Source: Deltaproteobacteria bacterium
GTDB lineage: Bacteria > Desulfobacterota_D > UBA1144 > Nemesobacterales > CSP1-2
Direction: 5' to 3'
Assembly: GCA_052390235.1 (NCBI GenBank)
Contig: JBQTHB010000005.1
Span: 160,001 to 224,000 of the forward strand
Length of the DNA: 64,000 nucleotides
Shown here: positions 60,354 through 64,000 of the stretch, piece after piece
How positions within the stretch are numbered: position 1 is the first letter of the stretch
Layout: each line of letters opens with the position of its first letter
Notes under the pieces: generated by a model
What the model was told of the DNA's origin: nothing
Seen by the model: the letters and a program-made list of their open reading frames with translations, nothing else
Database searches by the model: none
Program-made: the position numbers and the translations under genes

Positions 60354-60854
60354 TTGCCCATCGAGAGAACAATAAAAAAATTAACCCTCTTAGCCCTAAT
60401 CCTCTTTCTTTCCGGCGCGCCCGGATGCGCCACGAAAGAGCCTGCCCCGAGCGGCGACCTAGGGGTTCAGTCCAAGGTTACATCTCCCGAAGATTTTCCT
60501 AAGGAAATTGCGCGGCTGGAGGAAGCGGCTCGCTTATACTCCGGCGCGCCTCAGGGAGGTATCCACCTTGAGCTTGCGATGCTACACATACACCATAAGA
60601 ATCCAAACCCCAGATACTCGCGGGCGCTAGAGGAGCTTGAGTCCTACATATTTCTCGAAGCGGACAGAGGAAAATCCGACCAGATTCAAAACTGGGTCTC
60701 TTTGCTGAAGGAGCTAAAACGGGTCAGGGAAGAGGGCGCGGCGGCAAAAGCGAGCCTCCAGCAGTTATCCGAGGAAAATCAGAGGATACGCGCCACGCTC
60801 GAAGAGCTTAAAAAACTCGACCGACAGCTTGAGAACAAGAGGAGAAATAAATAA
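60354..60854 (+). CDS. Lipoprotein with TPR-like helix and C-terminal coiled coil (QseG/YfhG-like, tentative)
   Basis: Signal with APG-C; ..HHKNPNP.YSRAL..LE; C-terminal LEELKKLDRQLENKRR. Confidence 0.6.
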   Translation: MPIERTIKKLTLLALILFLSGAPGCATKEPAPSGDLGVQSKVTSPEDFPKEIARLEEAARLYSGAPQGGIHLELAMLHIHHKNPNPRYSRALEELESYIFLEADRGKSDQIQNWVSLLKELKRVREEGAAAKASLQQLSEENQRIRATLEELKKLDRQLENKRRNK

Positions 60855-60858
60855 CGAC

Positions 60859-61416
60859 TCAGGGTCTCAGATACCCCGCAGGAATCCCCCTTCGCCGAGC
60901 CTCGTCGCGCAGAGCCGCCTTTGCAGCGCTGATGAGTATCAGCTCGGATTTAAAACCCTCCAGGCTATCTTCGTGGGATTTGAGCTCTAGTATCGAAAAA
61001 TCGGCGGCGAACCCGTTTATGAGCATATAATTCACCTCTCTTTGCTTCTGTTTAATCTGCTCTTTGGTGTTTTCAATCGCCTGTAGAATGAATCTCTCGC
61101 GTCTCTCGAGTTCCAGGGCGCGGCCTCTCCAAAATTCCCTAATCTCCCGCTCCCTGCCCTCGTTTTCCCGAATCTCCGCATCGCCGGCAGACTCGCCCTC
61201 CTCCTGTTCCTCGGCGGATTCTTCCGTCCTAAAATTCTCGGAATCGCCGCCAGCGTTTTCGATAGCCTCCGCCCCGGGTCTGCGCTCTTGCGGGATGTTT
61301 TCGGGATTGTCCGTGTAGTGAACCGAGCCGTCTCGGTCAACCCACTTGTAAATCGTCCTCGCCTCCGCTGATACGGCAATGAGAGCTATAAGCGCGGCGA
61401 TAAGAATTCTATTCAT
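60859..61416 (-). CDS. Exported DUF4124-domain protein
   Basis: Signal peptide; IYKWVDRDGSVHYTDNP; coiled coil; ends GIPAGYLR. Confidence 0.85.
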   Translation of the reverse strand: MNRILIAALIALIAVSAEARTIYKWVDRDGSVHYTDNPENIPQERRPGAEAIENAGGDSENFRTEESAEEQEEGESAGDAEIRENEGREREIREFWRGRALELERRERFILQAIENTKEQIKQKQREVNYMLINGFAADFSILELKSHEDSLEGFKSELILISAAKAALRDEARRRGIPAGYLRP

Positions 61417-61516
61417 CAGAGAATTTCCCTCCTATTTACGCTGAATTATAAATCAATTCCGAAGAGTTAAAATCCGCATTTTCTGCTATTTTATCAATTG
61501 AACCAAAATTGGTATA

Positions 61517-62278
61517 ATGCTAGCTATGGAAAGAGATGTTATCGAAACTCTGATAGGTTGGATTAGGGAGTCGCGTAAAATCATCGTCCTCACCGGAGCG
61601 GAGCTTTCGGCTGAGGCAGGGGTGCCGGATTTCTCGGACTTGAGGCTGAATCCCGACATACAGGAATTCCGGGCGAATAAGGAGGTGAGGGCCGCTTACT
61701 GGAAAAAGATAAGAGTCCTCTATCCCGCCCTTGTCAACGCCGAACCCAGCCCCTCGCACCAAGCCCTCGCGGAGCTTGAGATGATAGCGAATCTGGACTG
61801 TATCTTCACCCAAACCACGGACGGTCTCCATCACCGCGCGGGAAGCTCATCTGTAATGGAGGTTCATAGCTCCATGCTCTGGGTCAATTGCACGAGTTGC
61901 GGCAAGGACTACACAATGGAGGATACGCTCTCAAGCCTCGAGAAGGGCAGAGATATTCCCGTGTGCGATGCCTGCGGCAGGGACGTGCTCAAGCCCCCCA
62001 TCTCGTTCCCCGGTCAGCCCCCGTCGCACTGGGAGGCGCGCGAGGCTTGGATGCGCCTTCGGGACTGCTCGCTGTTTTTAATCGTCGGAGCGTCGCTTGA
62101 GATTAACCCGGCGTCCTCTTTTCCGGCTATGGCAAAGGAGCATAACGCAAAAGTCGCCATCATAAGCGACAGGCAAAACCCCGCCGACGACTACGCCGAC
62201 GCCGTAATTTATGGAAAACCGAAGCAGGTGCTCCCTTTCATCGTCAAAAAACTAAAAGCAGGAATGGGACAGGCATAG
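61517..62278 (+). CDS. Sir2/CobB-family protein with degenerate catalytic motifs
   Basis: LTGA...AGVPDF, TQ..DGLH.RAG, H, CxxC...CxxC, KP, GASL...PA recognisable but altered. Confidence 0.8.
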   Translation: MLAMERDVIETLIGWIRESRKIIVLTGAELSAEAGVPDFSDLRLNPDIQEFRANKEVRAAYWKKIRVLYPALVNAEPSPSHQALAELEMIANLDCIFTQTTDGLHHRAGSSSVMEVHSSMLWVNCTSCGKDYTMEDTLSSLEKGRDIPVCDACGRDVLKPPISFPGQPPSHWEAREAWMRLRDCSLFLIVGASLEINPASSFPAMAKEHNAKVAIISDRQNPADDYADAVIYGKPKQVLPFIVKKLKAGMGQA

Positions 62279-62303
62279 GGGTCGCGCGCAGTCGGAGCAA
62301 TCA

Positions 62304-63761
62304 ATGGCGGATAATTCATCCCAGATAGCCAAGTACGTCTCCAATACCGAGGGAGACATCTACACCGTGGGCAACCTCCCCGAAGAGGTCGTAGCCGTGA
62401 TATTTGCCTATGTGAGCCGGAGCGCGAAGAGCTTCCGCGAAAATATACTCTCGGTCGTCCGCGAGGAGGAATTTGGCATAGAGAGGGCGGCGGCGTTTCA
62501 CGAGAAATGGGTCTTAAACTACGGACACGCTTCCGTTGCCGAACACGCAACGGTTCACATAGGGATTGAGCGGGTATCGCGGCTCTTTTCATCTCTCCTT
62601 GAGTTGTCGAACGAGTATTTGTCCTTTACCGAGTACTCGCAGAGGTATCAAAAACCCAAGAAGGGCGATTTTTACATCCCGCCTGAGCTGGGGGATAAAC
62701 CCGGACTCCTTGCCGAGTACGTGGATCTAAACAACCGCCTCTACGACATCTACTCGGATTTATACGCGAGGCTTGTGGATTTTCTCAAAACATATCAGCC
62801 CGCACCCGAAGGAGTGGACGGAAAAGCGCACACAAGGGCGCTCGAGAAAATCGCTTTCGAGGATGCGAGATACGCCCTGCCGCTCGCCACATTTACAAAC
62901 CTCGGCATGACGGCTAATGCCAGAGCCATCGAAGACGCGCTGACAAAGATGCTTTCAAGCGGCTACCCAGAGGCGCGGGCGAGAGCCGAGGAAATCAAGC
63001 GGGAGGTAAAATTCTCCGTTCCTACGCTGGTAAAATACGCTAATGAAAATCCGTATATAAAGAGGACGCAGGAATCGCTTCTGCAAACCGCTCGGCAGGC
63101 GGCATCATCACGCCAGGGGAGGGTTCTAAATGCCGCCGAATGCGGGGTAAAGCTCTTAGATTGGACGGGTAGAGGCTCTCCTGATGCCGAACGGGCGGCG
63201 GCGGAGAAAATGGCGAGGGCAATTTTTTTTGAACACTCCGCCTCAGGTTACGGGGAAATGGGGACGGCGGACAGCCTCGCCACTGCGCAAAAAGCAGTGG
63301 AGAACCTGGGCAAATACGACAACCCAGTGAACGCGCTTAAACTCATCAGCTACGAAGCCGAGCTTACGATAAGCGAGGCGTGCTGGCATCAACTTCTCCG
63401 GCACAGGCAGGTGAACTGGATTGCTCAGAACCCAAGCCCCGACTCAGGCATCAGAGTCCCGCCGAATATCGCGCGCGCCAAGGGGGAGAGTCTCCTCTGG
63501 GAGGCGGCGGAGTTGGGCGAGAGGTTTTATAAAAAGCTCGTCGGCGAGAACCTGCCATTCGCGGCGAGCTACGCGGTTATAAACGCCCACCAAAGACGCG
63601 TTTTAGGGAGTTTTAGCCTCTGGGAATTTTATCATCTCGTAAATTTGAGAATGTCCGAAGGGGCGCAGTGGGATATAAGAGACGTTGTAGGGGCGCTGGC
63701 AGAAGAGATAACAAAGCGGCATCCGAACCTCGCCGCTCCGGCTCTGGCGCGGGTGAGCTAA
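62304..63761 (+). CDS. thyX: FAD-dependent thymidylate synthase, tandem-domain form
   Basis: YGHASVAEH, E.SQRY, EDARY.LP, NAR in domain 1; QLLRHR, LR....AQW.IR in domain 2. Confidence 0.88.
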   Translation: MADNSSQIAKYVSNTEGDIYTVGNLPEEVVAVIFAYVSRSAKSFRENILSVVREEEFGIERAAAFHEKWVLNYGHASVAEHATVHIGIERVSRLFSSLLELSNEYLSFTEYSQRYQKPKKGDFYIPPELGDKPGLLAEYVDLNNRLYDIYSDLYARLVDFLKTYQPAPEGVDGKAHTRALEKIAFEDARYALPLATFTNLGMTANARAIEDALTKMLSSGYPEARARAEEIKREVKFSVPTLVKYANENPYIKRTQESLLQTARQAASSRQGRVLNAAECGVKLLDWTGRGSPDAERAAAEKMARAIFFEHSASGYGEMGTADSLATAQKAVENLGKYDNPVNALKLISYEAELTISEACWHQLLRHRQVNWIAQNPSPDSGIRVPPNIARAKGESLLWEAAELGERFYKKLVGENLPFAASYAVINAHQRRVLGSFSLWEFYHLVNLRMSEGAQWDIRDVVGALAEEITKRHPNLAAPALARVS

Positions 63762-63833
63762 AACCGGATTGGGATTTCAATCCGTTGATATTACCCGCCC
63801 GCCCACCTGTGCGGCAACTGGTTTTTACCCGGT

Positions 63834-64000
63834 TTAGTGCTTCACTTTCTCAGGGATAAGAAGCATCTGCCAGAGTCGAAGCAACACCTCTTCGTCATCG
63901 TTTAAGACAATCTGCTTTTTAGTCGTGGCGCTTTTATTAATTTTCTCGACAAACGCCTGCAAGTCCGTGAACGTTACTTTTATCGGCTCTTTAATGGAAT
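63834..64000 (-). CDS. 3' end of a hypothetical protein (truncated by window end)
   Basis: Open frame ...SIKEPIKVTFTDLQAFVEKINKSATTKKQIVLNDDEEVLLRLWQMLLIPEKVKH*. Confidence 0.45.
   Translation of the reverse strand, partial: SIKEPIKVTFTDLQAFVEKINKSATTKKQIVLNDDEEVLLRLWQMLLIPEKVKH

Noticed and set aside
61517..62278. Sir2 as an anti-phage (Thoeris/DSR) effector
   Set aside because: CobB-like with Zn ribbon, housekeeping context, no defence partners
39306..63761. mnmG, trmFO and thyX as a functional folate/flavin cluster
   Set aside because: Separated by many unrelated genes; no shared regulatory signal seen
1..64000. CRISPR arrays, tRNA/rRNA genes, transposases, prophage genes
   Set aside because: No regularly spaced repeats, cloverleaf/T-loop signatures or relevant protein motifs seen

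Overview
This is a bacterial chromosomal segment of moderate GC. Its gene content looks like an aerobic deltaproteobacteria-like lineage, possibly Dadabacteria/Desulfobacterota (inference only). I found no rRNA, tRNA, CRISPR array or intact mobile element. The most distinctive content is a duplicated, tightly regulated type IVa pilus system. Locus 1 (0.65-14 kb) has a sigma54 promoter and a c-di-GMP-I (GEMM) riboswitch whose expression platform can occlude the start codon of a ~1600-aa Cys-rich vWA-type PilY1. It continues with pilV-pilW-pilX, a second paralogous PilY1 and fimU/fimT. Locus 2 (26.4-31.1 kb) has a sigma54 promoter with paired TGACA-N5-TGTCA enhancer-like boxes, one copy of which also lies upstream of pilY1. 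It drives two tandem acidic major pilins with Dx[DN]x[DN]G Ca-binding-like loops, separated by terminators, followed by a PilG/H/I (XapA-D)-like ABC module. A HAMP-GGDEF cyclase with Asn at the nucleotide-specificity (Hypr) position and a QseG-like lipoprotein lie near the right end. The rest is housekeeping or metabolic: metG 3' end, S41 protease, orphan oppB, truA, an A2-type caa3 oxidase operon with sco/ctaA/ctaB, birA, split transketolase, YyaL, mnmG, moeA (apparent ATA start), hisA/hisF, dgt, mqnA, pyrF, rlmB, M23 peptidase, CPA2 K+/H+ antiporter, MBL hydrolase, apgM, trmFO, corA, a degenerate sirtuin and a tandem-domain ThyX. Other observations are an unannotated 57-aa hyperacidic protein, a frameshifted signal peptide upstream of yyaL, and an apparent complete absence of RTCGAY plus strong GATC depletion, which suggests restriction-site avoidance. 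All calls were made by eye with no database searches.
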